From Planctomycetota bacterium (GTDB lineage: Bacteria; Planctomycetota; B15-G4; JADJEK01), in NCBI GenBank assembly GCA_044225365.1, contig JBGAIQ010000024.1:1-64000 (forward strand): DNA of 64,000 nt. Direction: 5' to 3'. The notes below the pieces were generated by a model. It worked only from the letters and a program-made list of their open reading frames with translations. It was not told the DNA's origin and searched no databases. Below are positions 1 to 8,784 of this stretch, in pieces; within the stretch, counting starts at the first letter, position 1; each line of letters begins with the position of its first letter. Made by a program: the position numbers and the translations under genes.

Positions 1-1062
1 AAGCTGCTGCGCGTTCGCTTGCGAATCGACGGCATCCTCCGCGCCGCCGATTCGTTCTCCGTGTCGACGGGACAGGCGCTCGTCGCGCGCGTGAAGGTCT
101 TGGCGAACGTCGATCTCGCGGAACATCGCAGACCCCAGGATGGCCGATTCGACTTCATGATGAACGGGCAGCGATTCGATCTTCGCGTCTCGATACGCCC
201 GACGCGGCATGGCGAGAACATCGTCATGCGCATCCTCGAGCGCAATGGCGGTAACGCGCGACTCGAACAACTCGCGATGCCGAAGGCGATCGAAGGCCGA
301 GTTCGCAAGATCTGCGACATGCCCCACGGCCTCTTCCTCGTGGTGGGACCGACGGGCTCCGGAAAGACGACGACGTTGTATGCGGCGCTTCGCACCATCG
401 ACGCGATGGCGCGCAACGTCACGAGCATCGAAGATCCAATCGAGGGCGAATTGCCGCTCGTCCGGCAGTCTCAGGTCGATCCGACGATCGGGTTCGGATT
501 CGCCGAGGGACTTCGATCGCTGCTTCGCCAGGATCCCGATGTCGTCCTCGTCGGTGAGATCCGCGACCGCGATACCGCCGAGATCGCGATGCGAGCCTCG
601 CTCACCGGTCACCTCGTGTTCGCGACGCTGCACGCCAACGACTCGATCGCCGCGGTGCCACGACTCCTCGACATGGGGATTGAGCCCTTCCTGCTGAATA
701 CGTCCCTGATCGGGGTGCTCGCGCAGCGACTCGTGCGCGTGCTGTGCACCTCCTGCAAGTTCGAGGACTCCCCCGACGAGTTCGACCGCGCTCTCTTCGG
801 CGACAAGCCGCCCGAGACCGTGATCCACACCAAGGGCTGCAAGAAGTGCGGGAGCTCCGGCTTCTTCAAACGAACGGGTATCTACGAGTTGTTCATGCCG
901 GACAGCGAGTGCCGCAAAGTGCTGCTGAGTGGATGCAACGCCACGGAGCTGCGTTCCCTCGCGATTCACAACGGCTTCAAGCCCATGCTCGTGGACAGCC
1001 GCCAAAAGGTGCGCGACGGAATCACATCGTCACGCGAAGTGATTCGCGTCTCCGTGTGTTGA
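1..1062 (+). CDS. gspE: GspE/PilB-family secretion/pilus assembly ATPase (5' end outside window)
   Basis: Frame open from base 1 (KLLRVRLRIDG). Walker A GPTGSGKTTT, SIEDPIE, LRQDPDVVLVGEIRD, TGHLVFATLHAN, and CxxC...CxxC Zn motif. Confidence 0.95.
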   Translation, partial: KLLRVRLRIDGILRAADSFSVSTGQALVARVKVLANVDLAEHRRPQDGRFDFMMNGQRFDLRVSIRPTRHGENIVMRILERNGGNARLEQLAMPKAIEGRVRKICDMPHGLFLVVGPTGSGKTTTLYAALRTIDAMARNVTSIEDPIEGELPLVRQSQVDPTIGFGFAEGLRSLLRQDPDVVLVGEIRDRDTAEIAMRASLTGHLVFATLHANDSIAAVPRLLDMGIEPFLLNTSLIGVLAQRLVRVLCTSCKFEDSPDEFDRALFGDKPPETVIHTKGCKKCGSSGFFKRTGIYELFMPDSECRKVLLSGCNATELRSLAIHNGFKPMLVDSRQKVRDGITSSREVIRVSVC

Positions 1063-1092
1063 TCGAACGGCGACCCGCGCGGACGAACCGAT

Positions 1093-2298
1093 ATGGCGAT
1101 CTACACCGTACGAGCGATCAACGCTGAGGGACGAATCCGAACGCGACGCGAATTCGCGCTCGATGAAGCGGATCTCGAGCGACGCCTACAAGTCGACGGT
1201 CTATCGATCGCTCGCGTGGTGAGAGTCCGCGAGAACTCTTCGAGCAGCAAGCTCTCGATCGTGATGAGTCGCTCCGACCTTCACGACTTCACCGAACGCC
1301 TTCAGATCCTCCACGCTGCTGGCATCCCGATCCTCGGCTGCCTGCGCGAGATCGAAGTCTCGTCACGATCGAAGAATCTCGCTCGAGCCGCGAAGGTCCT
1401 CGCTTCCGACATCGAGTCGGGAATCGCACTCTCGGATTCGATGTTGAAGATGCCGCGTGCCTTCCCCACGACGTATCGCACGGCGATCCACGCGGCCGAG
1501 CGCAGCGGTGCGCTCGACGACGTCCTGAAAGTGCTCGCGCAGCAGATCGAGTGGGAGCGTTCCACGATCGCCGGGGTGGTTCAAGCCCTGATCTATCCCG
1601 CGATCTTGTCGTGCGCGGTGCTCGGACTCCTGGCGTTCCTCTTCTGCTTCCTCCTCCCGCGGATCGAGGAGTTCTTCCGCCAGTCGAGCGCGGAGCTGCC
1701 GTTCGCGACGCAGGTCGTGCTCTGGATCTCGGCGAAGACTCGGGAGTACGGTCTTCTCGTGGCGTCGAGCGTCGCTGGTATCGCACTGGCTTGTTACGTG
1801 GCTCGGAAGTCGTCGACGGGACGCGCTGTGCTCGATCGACTCGCGCTGCGCCTCCCGATCCTCGGCACGATGCTGCGAAAGTTGTCGTGTGCCCGCTTCG
1901 TCGCCACGCTCTACACGGTCTATCACGCAGGCGCGCCGATGCTCGAAGCCCTCGGTGCCTGTCGGCAATCGACCGGCAATGGCGGGATGGAGAAGGACAT
2001 CGAACTCGCGGTCGACCAGATCGCGAATGGCCACTCGCTCACCGATGCGCTGGGGGCGATCCGCGACATCGAACCCGTTGCGATCACGATGATCCGCGTC
2101 GGCGAGGCCAGCGGTTCGCTGAGCGACTCGTTGCTGCACGCTTCGACGATTCTCGAGAAGGAGCTCACGCGTTACACCAAGCGAGCGCTCGCGCTCCTCG
2201 AACCGTTCATCCTGATCGTGTCCGGTGTGGTCGTCGGCTTCGTGATCTTCGCTTCGCTGATGCCGGTGTTCCGCTTGATCGGGGGAATCAGCAAATGA
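1093..2298 (+). CDS. gspF: GspF/PilC inner-membrane platform protein
   Basis: Two T2SSF repeats (AGIPILGCL...AAERSGALD; AGAPMLEAL...VGEASGSL), ALIYPAIL and LLEPFILIV TM segments; follows gspE. Confidence 0.93.
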   Translation: MAIYTVRAINAEGRIRTRREFALDEADLERRLQVDGLSIARVVRVRENSSSSKLSIVMSRSDLHDFTERLQILHAAGIPILGCLREIEVSSRSKNLARAAKVLASDIESGIALSDSMLKMPRAFPTTYRTAIHAAERSGALDDVLKVLAQQIEWERSTIAGVVQALIYPAILSCAVLGLLAFLFCFLLPRIEEFFRQSSAELPFATQVVLWISAKTREYGLLVASSVAGIALACYVARKSSTGRAVLDRLALRLPILGTMLRKLSCARFVATLYTVYHAGAPMLEALGACRQSTGNGGMEKDIELAVDQIANGHSLTDALGAIRDIEPVAITMIRVGEASGSLSDSLLHASTILEKELTRYTKRALALLEPFILIVSGVVVGFVIFASLMPVFRLIGGISK

Positions 2299-3590
2299 AC
2301 CGTCCATTCCGACTTCGAGGGTTCACGCTCCTCGAGATCATCATCTCGGTCAGCATCATCGTTCTGCTCGCGGGAATCACGGTTCCGATGACCGCGACGA
2401 TCATGCGCGCCGCGCGGAAGGACGCCACGGCGAAGCGTCTCGACGCGATCGGCAAGGCGACCTACCAGTACTTCGAAGACACGATGACGTTTCCGACGGC
2501 GCTCACCGATCTGAACGCCGACAATGGCGTTGCGGGCTGGGCGGGTCCGTACATGCTCGATTACTTCTATGCGTCGAATCCCGAGGCAAAGGACTTCGGA
2601 CTCGATGACTTCGGTACGCCGATTCAGTTCGGCACGCCGACTCCGACGTCGACGACGATCGTGAGCCTTGGCGCCGACCACACCGAGAACACCGCGGACG
2701 ACATCGTTCAGAGCGTCAACGTCCTTCCCGTCCTTCGCTCCGTCACGCAAGCCAACGTCGACACGTTGAACGCGGCGATCACGGCCTACAACCGGAATCG
2801 GACCGATACCACTCCGGCGTTGCCATCGAACCTCAACAGCGCCTTCAACACGCTCGTCAGTGATGGGTACTTGCCGAACAACTCGACGTTGAAGTTCGAT
2901 GCTTGGGGAGATGCGCTCGTTCCGACCTCGTCCGCTGGATCGCCTCTCGTCGCCGTCACGTCCGAGAACCTCGAGGCCGGCAGTGCCACCAACTCCTCCG
3001 GCTCCATCAGCGGTAACCCCGCGAGCGGCACCGCCAAGGGAAAAGGAAAGGGCTCGGGGTCGAGCGGCAAGGGCAAGAAATCGGGCGGCAACTCGGGGGG
3101 CTCCACTCCCGGCACCGGCACCGCTTCGGGAAGCGGCAACGGATCGTCGAACTCGTCCCCGGGTTCGAACAAGAAGGGAACGAAGGGAAAGGGCAAGGGA
3201 AAGAGCACAGGTAACGCCGGCAACGGCAATTCACAGCAGAACGAGGACAGCGGAGGAGACCACGCGGAGAGCGATCACGACGAGGACGACGACCACGGCG
3301 ACTCCTCCACGGGTGAGAATCCGGAATCCGAAGACGGAGATTCACACGGCGGGGAGTCGTCCCACGGGGGCGACTCGCAGGACCATGGCAACTCGTCCGG
3401 TTCCAATTCCTCAGCGGGCGAGACGGGCTCCAACTCGGGATCGAGCAACGACTCGAACACCCAGTCCGGGGACGGAGACGACGGCGGATCCGGTGGCGGG
3501 AACTCGAATTCGAAGAAGAGCGGCGGAGGCGGCTCCGGAAAGAAGTCGGGCAAGACGAAGGGTTCGGGAAAGAAGTCGAGCGGAGGCTGA
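2295..3590 (+). CDS. Prepilin/pseudopilin (GspG-like) with a duplicated head domain and a long low-complexity G/S/K/D/H tail
   Basis: ATG at 2295 overlaps the gspF stop (ATGA). Class III signal RG|FTLLEIIISV, GWAGPY, DDFGTP, SLGADH...DDI; second head-like segment ending DAWGDAL. Confidence 0.88.
   Translation: MNRPFRLRGFTLLEIIISVSIIVLLAGITVPMTATIMRAARKDATAKRLDAIGKATYQYFEDTMTFPTALTDLNADNGVAGWAGPYMLDYFYASNPEAKDFGLDDFGTPIQFGTPTPTSTTIVSLGADHTENTADDIVQSVNVLPVLRSVTQANVDTLNAAITAYNRNRTDTTPALPSNLNSAFNTLVSDGYLPNNSTLKFDAWGDALVPTSSAGSPLVAVTSENLEAGSATNSSGSISGNPASGTAKGKGKGSGSSGKGKKSGGNSGGSTPGTGTASGSGNGSSNSSPGSNKKGTKGKGKGKSTGNAGNGNSQQNEDSGGDHAESDHDEDDDHGDSSTGENPESEDGDSHGGESSHGGDSQDHGNSSGSNSSAGETGSNSGSSNDSNTQSGDGDDGGSGGGNSNSKKSGGGGSGKKSGKTKGSGKKSSGG
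2979..3587 (+). repeat. Low-complexity coding region (KGKGKG, GKKSG, SHGG and DHDEDDDH-type motifs) forming the pilin tail
   Basis: Translation is almost entirely G, S, N, K, D, E, H, T with near-absent hydrophobic residues. Confidence 0.85.
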
Positions 3591-3644
3591 AACGGCAGCT
3601 GAGCGGAGCCTCGGGCGTCGAAACACGAACCCTTTCGAGACCGC

Positions 3645-3673
3645 TAAAGAGCCGCTCGAGGGGTGGTCGATAC
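3645..3673 (+). promoter_or_regulatory. Possible sigma28-like promoter (TAAAG-N16-GTCGATAC)
   Basis: Resembles the FliA consensus TAAA-N15-GCCGATAA, with slightly long spacing; lies in the gap before the PilM-like gene. Confidence 0.3.
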
Positions 3674-3714
3674 GAGAAGCGCATCTTTTTTTCTCGCTCT
3701 CGAAGGCCCAGCGC

Positions 3715-5229
3715 GTGTTCAAGAGAACGTCGGATCGCAAGCTCGTACTCATCATCGATCCCGAGCGCGTGGCTTGGGTGCGATGCGATGATGACGGCTC
3801 GAACTCACGAATCCTCGCGACAGCTCAACTGCCTCGAACGGTCGAATCCGCATCCGCCGACAATGCGCGAGCCGTAGCCGAAGCGGCCGTGGCGTGCCGG
3901 CCGAAGGACGCTTCGGGAGAAGTCGCCGTCGCGTTACCGACATCGTGGTGCGAGTACCTGATCCTTGCGCCGCCCCCACTGCGAGGTCTGGACCGCACTT
4001 CGTATTTGCTGCGCGAGGTCACCAAGAAGTCGTCGCTTCCCATCGAGGACGTGACGTTCATCGAATTCGATCCTCGTGGGCGTTCGACTAGCGCGCTCGA
4101 CAAGGCTTCGAAGGCTCGGGGCAAGTCCTACTCCCGGCTCGTGATCGCGACAAAAGAGGGCCCCATCCTCGCGCTATCCGAAGCGCTCGCGAGCAAGGGA
4201 TTCATCGCGACGTCGATCACGGCTGGCGCTGCGGCGCCGCTCGCCTGCGAGTTGAAGCGCGCTGGAGCGCGAACCGAATCCGATGCAAACGAAGCGCTGC
4301 AAGTCGTGTTCCTCGTGCGCCGCGATGGATTCGCGATCTGTCTGCACGCCGGAGGCGAGGTAATCCAGATCCGAGTGGTCGCGGTCGACTTGCCGTCGGA
4401 CATCGACCTGCTGGCCGACACGATCGCCGAGGAGACTCGTCGATCGACGGTCTCGGCTCGGGAGAAGCACTGGTCGCGAAAGCTCGGCCGTGTTCGGGTT
4501 CTTGGCCGATTCGCCGGCAACCGCGAAGAACTCCAGCGCTCGGTGGAAGCCAAGACCGGCCTGCAAACGACCTTGGCGGACTCTATGGACTCGGAGTCGG
4601 ATCGCCTCGAGGAGGCCGCTTCGATCGCCGCCCTGCATGGTTCCGCCACCATGCCGCTCGACCTCCTGCCGAAGCACACCTCGCGACCGACCCTCCACAT
4701 CGGACGCATCGCGCTCGCGGGTGGGCTCTCCGGTGTATTGCTCGCGGGGCTCATCGGTGTCTCGCACGTCATCGATGAGGACTCGGACAACACGCAGGCC
4801 TACCTCGACCGCAGCACGGACGCTGGCCTCGCCTCCGAACGCGCACAGAGCGAGTGCGGCGATTACCTGCGACGAGTCGATTTGGTGGCGGGATTCCAGA
4901 AGGTGGTGGCCTCGCTCCAGGAGAACCACCTCGACGCCGGCCGAATCGTGCGTGCGCTGGCTTCGGTGATCGGCCCCGATTGCCAGGTCACACGATTGTC
5001 TTGCTCGTCACTCGTCGGCGGCCAGCTGTCCATCCGAGTCACAGGACGGTTCATCGATTCGTTCTGGCCCTACGAAACCAATCTCGAGCGACTCGTCGGT
5101 GACCTTCGAAGGATCTCGGGCTTGTCGTTCACGGCGATCACCGACGAAGCGATTCAGTTCAACGAGGAGTATCAGGACTTCGTCCTCGAGGCGCAGAAGG
5201 AGTCGTCGGATGAATCCACTCACCCGTGA
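3715..5229 (+). CDS. PilM/PilN (GspL-like) fused alignment protein
   Basis: GTG at 3715 after GAAGG. Cytoplasmic actin-like-type region, one TM (IALAGGLSGVLLAGLIGV), then a PilN-like periplasmic part; operon position. Confidence 0.6.
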   Translation: MFKRTSDRKLVLIIDPERVAWVRCDDDGSNSRILATAQLPRTVESASADNARAVAEAAVACRPKDASGEVAVALPTSWCEYLILAPPPLRGLDRTSYLLREVTKKSSLPIEDVTFIEFDPRGRSTSALDKASKARGKSYSRLVIATKEGPILALSEALASKGFIATSITAGAAAPLACELKRAGARTESDANEALQVVFLVRRDGFAICLHAGGEVIQIRVVAVDLPSDIDLLADTIAEETRRSTVSAREKHWSRKLGRVRVLGRFAGNREELQRSVEAKTGLQTTLADSMDSESDRLEEAASIAALHGSATMPLDLLPKHTSRPTLHIGRIALAGGLSGVLLAGLIGVSHVIDEDSDNTQAYLDRSTDAGLASERAQSECGDYLRRVDLVAGFQKVVASLQENHLDAGRIVRALASVIGPDCQVTRLSCSSLVGGQLSIRVTGRFIDSFWPYETNLERLVGDLRRISGLSFTAITDEAIQFNEEYQDFVLEAQKESSDESTHP

Positions 5230-5806
5230 ACACAAGCGACGACGATCGCTCGTCACGATGGTCATGATCCTCGTCGTGCCATTCACGATCGGTCTTGCGG
5301 GTGTCGTCGGGCCTTCTTTCCAACGGCATCGCGATGTCACTTCGCGCGCCTTCTCCGACGCGAGTCGGCACGAGGATCTGGCGAATCGAACGGCCGATCT
5401 CATCGCGTTCAAGCAATCGCGGCTGGACTCGCTGCTCGCCGCCGAAGCCGCGATCGCGGCTCTCACCCCGGAAGCGAATCTCCCGACGAACTACCGCGAG
5501 GTGACGCGAGATCGACTCGAGACCGACGGTGTGCATCTCAGCGAGATCGTTACCGATGTCGGAGACGACGACGCTCCGGACACCGACGGTTTGCCCTTCG
5601 ACGTGATCCGGGTCGACATCGTCGCGACGGTGGAATATCCGCGTCTGCGCGAGTTCCTCGAACGACTGCCACAGGACGATCGGCCCGTCGTAGTCGAGCG
5701 CGTCGACATCGAGAGGAAATCGGACGAGCTGCACGAACTCGAAGTGAATTGCAGTCTCGCGTACCTGCGCCGGAAGATCGTCGACGCGCCGAATGGCGCT
5801 CGCTGA
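5210..5806 (+). CDS. PilO/GspM-like protein
   Basis: GAAGGAG SD, N-terminal TM, coiled region, then ATVEYPRLREFLERL...PVVVERVDI typical of PilO. Confidence 0.65.
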   Translation: MNPLTREHKRRRSLVTMVMILVVPFTIGLAGVVGPSFQRHRDVTSRAFSDASRHEDLANRTADLIAFKQSRLDSLLAAEAAIAALTPEANLPTNYREVTRDRLETDGVHLSEIVTDVGDDDAPDTDGLPFDVIRVDIVATVEYPRLREFLERLPQDDRPVVVERVDIERKSDELHELEVNCSLAYLRRKIVDAPNGAR

Positions 5807-5818
5807 GCACGAGGGAAC

Positions 5819-6595
5819 ATGCGCACCCCGATCCGCTCCGCACTCCTCGTCACGATCCTCACTCCCTGGTCGGCAACCGCCCGTCCGACAGCCACGGGTC
5901 CCGTTCCGCAGGATGCGCCACCGAAGTCGGCCAAGGAGTCGCTCGATCCTCCGCCCTCGCCTCCGCTTGGACCCTTGATGGCGAGGACGCAGAGCCCCAA
6001 TTGGTCCTCGATCCCTTCGCTCGGTCGTGAGGCCATGGCAGCGAGCGAAACCGCGCCTTCGCGCAATCCGTTCCTGCTGAAAGTGGAACAGGATCAGGAC
6101 AAGACGTTGCGCCAGATCAACGCGGATGCCGCGCGCGAGGACCGAGCCGCCGACGAGCGCGCTCGCAAGGCGAAGCTCGAGTCCCAAGGTCGCGATGAGT
6201 CGACCGACGCGGAGAAGCAGCAAGCCGCGCGCTCCAAGGAATTGCGCGAACTCTGCTCGAAGATGGCCCTGTCCGCCGTCCTGCTGACCAACGACGGCGG
6301 ATCCGCCGTGATCGACGGTCGGATCTATCGCGTGGGAATGCCCATCGGGCGCGCTTCGCTCGTACTTGCCGAGGTGAAGAGCGCAGGCGTCGCCCTCGAA
6401 GCGAACGGAATGAGAGTCGCGCTCTCGTTCAAGGAACCGCCCACGATTCTCCTGTCGACCGAGAAGCCGACTTCGAAAGCGAACGAAGACGAGAAGAGAG
6501 ACGCCACCGATGCGCCCGCGAAGCTGCCCGAGGCTCCCGGTCCGAAAGACCCGGAGTCCGGCAGCGAGCACGCAACGGGCGGAGGAGCGAACTAG
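5819..6595 (+). CDS. PilP/GspB/GspC-like exported pilus accessory protein
   Basis: Signal-like N-terminus, RNPF motif, LSAVLL...SAVIDGRIYRVG beta domain; directly before the secretin. Confidence 0.5.
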   Translation: MRTPIRSALLVTILTPWSATARPTATGPVPQDAPPKSAKESLDPPPSPPLGPLMARTQSPNWSSIPSLGREAMAASETAPSRNPFLLKVEQDQDKTLRQINADAAREDRAADERARKAKLESQGRDESTDAEKQQAARSKELRELCSKMALSAVLLTNDGGSAVIDGRIYRVGMPIGRASLVLAEVKSAGVALEANGMRVALSFKEPPTILLSTEKPTSKANEDEKRDATDAPAKLPEAPGPKDPESGSEHATGGGAN

Positions 6596-8095
6596 ATGGC
6601 CCGTCGTCCAATCCTGCGAACGTTCGTGTTACCAGCGGCGTGCTTCGCAGCGCTTTCGTGTGAGTCACCGCAGCCTGATGCCCCGTCGTACCCCGAGGCG
6701 ACGCGAGTCGAGCCGCTCGACACCTCGCTCGTCGATGGCACAGTGGACAACGTCGCGCGAGGAGACAATGCAGCGAACGCTAGAACTCCCGCTCCTTCGC
6801 TTCCACCCTCTCCGCTCGATCCCATCTTCACGCGGCCCGAGCCCACGCCACGACCGAAGATCCAAGGCGACGAACTGGTGTCGTTCGAATTCCACGACAC
6901 GCCGCTCAATGACGCACTGCGACTGATCGCGGATCGGGCGAACCGAAGCATCGTGTTCAACAACGACGTCAGCGGAGTCATCACCGCTTCGTTGCGCAAC
7001 GTGACTCTCGATCAGGCGATGGAGACGATCCTCGGTCGCGGCAAACTCGAACTCTACGAACATTCCGGCGTCCTCGCCGTACGGGCCATCGTCGATCCGC
7101 CGCTCGCTTCGCGGGTCTATCGACCGAAGAGCGCGGACATCGTCGCCCTCGAGCCGCAGATCAAGGCGCTTCTCGGTGACAGCGCGACCATCTCGGTGAA
7201 CACCGCGTCGAACGTGATCCTCGTGACGGCGCCTCCCGATCGAATCCAGCAGTCCGACGCGTGGATGGCGGCCCTCGACGCCGCAGCTCCCAAGCAGGTC
7301 CTCATCGAAGCTCGCATCCTCGAAGTGTCCTTGAACGAGGCGTTCGAGTTCGGAGTCGGCCTCGATTTCTCGGACATTTCGATCGACAGTTCCACGACAC
7401 ATCTCTTGTCGAACTTCGTTCGCGCCACCGACAACTTCCAGATCACGACGCTTGCTCCCAAATCCGACTTCTCCGCCGTCGTGCGGGCGATTCAATCGTT
7501 CGGGCGCCTTCACGTCATTGCGAGCCCTCGCGTTCTCGCGGAGAATCAGAACGAGGCGAAGATCGAGATCACGGAGAAGATCCCCTACGTGGATTCCACT
7601 GCGACGTCGGTCGGTTCCACGACGGGTGTCTCCACGTCGACGGTCGAGCAAGTCGAGTTCGAGACCGTGGGCATTCGACTCTCGGTGACGCCGATCCTCG
7701 GCAGCAACGACGAAGTGACTCTCAAGATCCATCAGGACGTCAGCGAAGTCGTCGACTTCTTCAAGTCCGTGCCGGTCACGGATTCGCGGCTCATCGATAC
7801 GCGGTTCCTCACTCGCGATCGCCAGACCATCGTCATCGGTGGTCTCATGAAGGAGCGCACCGCGAAGAACGACAACGGCATTCCGCTCCTCATGGATATT
7901 CCGTTGCTCGGATGGCTCGTGAGTGGCAAGGACACGAAGCGCGAGAAGATCGAGCTGCTCGTCTTCATCACGCCCACCGTCGTCGAGCCGGGCTCGATCG
8001 CGAACGTGTCCTCCGAGTACAAGCACGAGCTCGTTCGCAAGAATCGCGAGTACCGGCAGGACGAATACCGCGAGTTCCTCGACGACGTTCACTGA
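6596..8095 (+). CDS. gspD: Secretin (GspD/PilQ family), probable lipoprotein
   Basis: AALSC lipobox-like signal, STN/N0 (FHDTPLNDALRLIA), KQVLIEARILEV, GIPLLMDIPLLGWL, ELLVFITPTVV. Confidence 0.92.
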   Translation: MARRPILRTFVLPAACFAALSCESPQPDAPSYPEATRVEPLDTSLVDGTVDNVARGDNAANARTPAPSLPPSPLDPIFTRPEPTPRPKIQGDELVSFEFHDTPLNDALRLIADRANRSIVFNNDVSGVITASLRNVTLDQAMETILGRGKLELYEHSGVLAVRAIVDPPLASRVYRPKSADIVALEPQIKALLGDSATISVNTASNVILVTAPPDRIQQSDAWMAALDAAAPKQVLIEARILEVSLNEAFEFGVGLDFSDISIDSSTTHLLSNFVRATDNFQITTLAPKSDFSAVVRAIQSFGRLHVIASPRVLAENQNEAKIEITEKIPYVDSTATSVGSTTGVSTSTVEQVEFETVGIRLSVTPILGSNDEVTLKIHQDVSEVVDFFKSVPVTDSRLIDTRFLTRDRQTIVIGGLMKERTAKNDNGIPLLMDIPLLGWLVSGKDTKREKIELLVFITPTVVEPGSIANVSSEYKHELVRKNREYRQDEYREFLDDVH

Positions 8096-8235
8096 GTCGA
8101 ATCGGATCGAATTCGCGGCGGACCAGTCCGCCAATCATTCTGATTCGGAGCCCGTCTTTTTCTCGCGCTCGTGGGTTCTCACGGCGATCATGGCGCTTTC
8201 GATCTCGATGACCGCTCATGCGTCAGAAAGCTCCC

Positions 8236-8718
8236 ATGTCGATCACGAAGGACATCGTCGCCCTCCTCGAATACACCTTGAAGGACGAATCGGGCACCGT
8301 GCTCGACTCCTCCGTGGGACAGGATCCTCTTGCCTACATCCATGGGCGGGGAAACCTGATCCCCGGACTCGAGAAGGAACTCGAGGGAAAGAAGAAGGGG
8401 GATGTCCTCTCGGTGACCGTCGCTCCCCAGTTCGGCTACGGTGAACGCGACGAATCGCTGATTCACAAGGTGGCGCGGGGTCAGTTGCCGGCGGGGGCGC
8501 CGATCGAGATCGGCACTCAGTTCCAGGCGCGGGGCCCGCAAGGCGCCCACATCGTGACGGTCGTAGCCGTCGAAGGCGACCAGATCTCGCTCGATGCGAA
8601 TCACCCGCTCGCCGGCGTCACGCTCCACTTCGACGTCAAGATCATCGATACTCGCAAGGCGACCGCCGAAGAACTGCATCACGGGCATGTCCACGGGCCC
8701 GGCGGACATTCGCACTGA
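8236..8718 (+). CDS. slyD: FKBP-type peptidyl-prolyl isomerase SlyD
   Basis: PLAYIHGRGNLIPGLE, DANHPLAGVTLHFDV, His-rich tail HHGHVHGPGGHSH. Confidence 0.95.
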   Translation: MSITKDIVALLEYTLKDESGTVLDSSVGQDPLAYIHGRGNLIPGLEKELEGKKKGDVLSVTVAPQFGYGERDESLIHKVARGQLPAGAPIEIGTQFQARGPQGAHIVTVVAVEGDQISLDANHPLAGVTLHFDVKIIDTRKATAEELHHGHVHGPGGHSH

Positions 8719-8784
8719 GCCTCCTCGTGATAGAGTCTTCGGACCGCTGCCCCTCCCGAGGATTCGCGACTCCGAACGACTCCC

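Noticed and set aside
1551-2294. N-terminal extension of the 679-aa ORF
   Set aside because: Overlaps gspF out of frame; the prepilin signal places the start at 2295.
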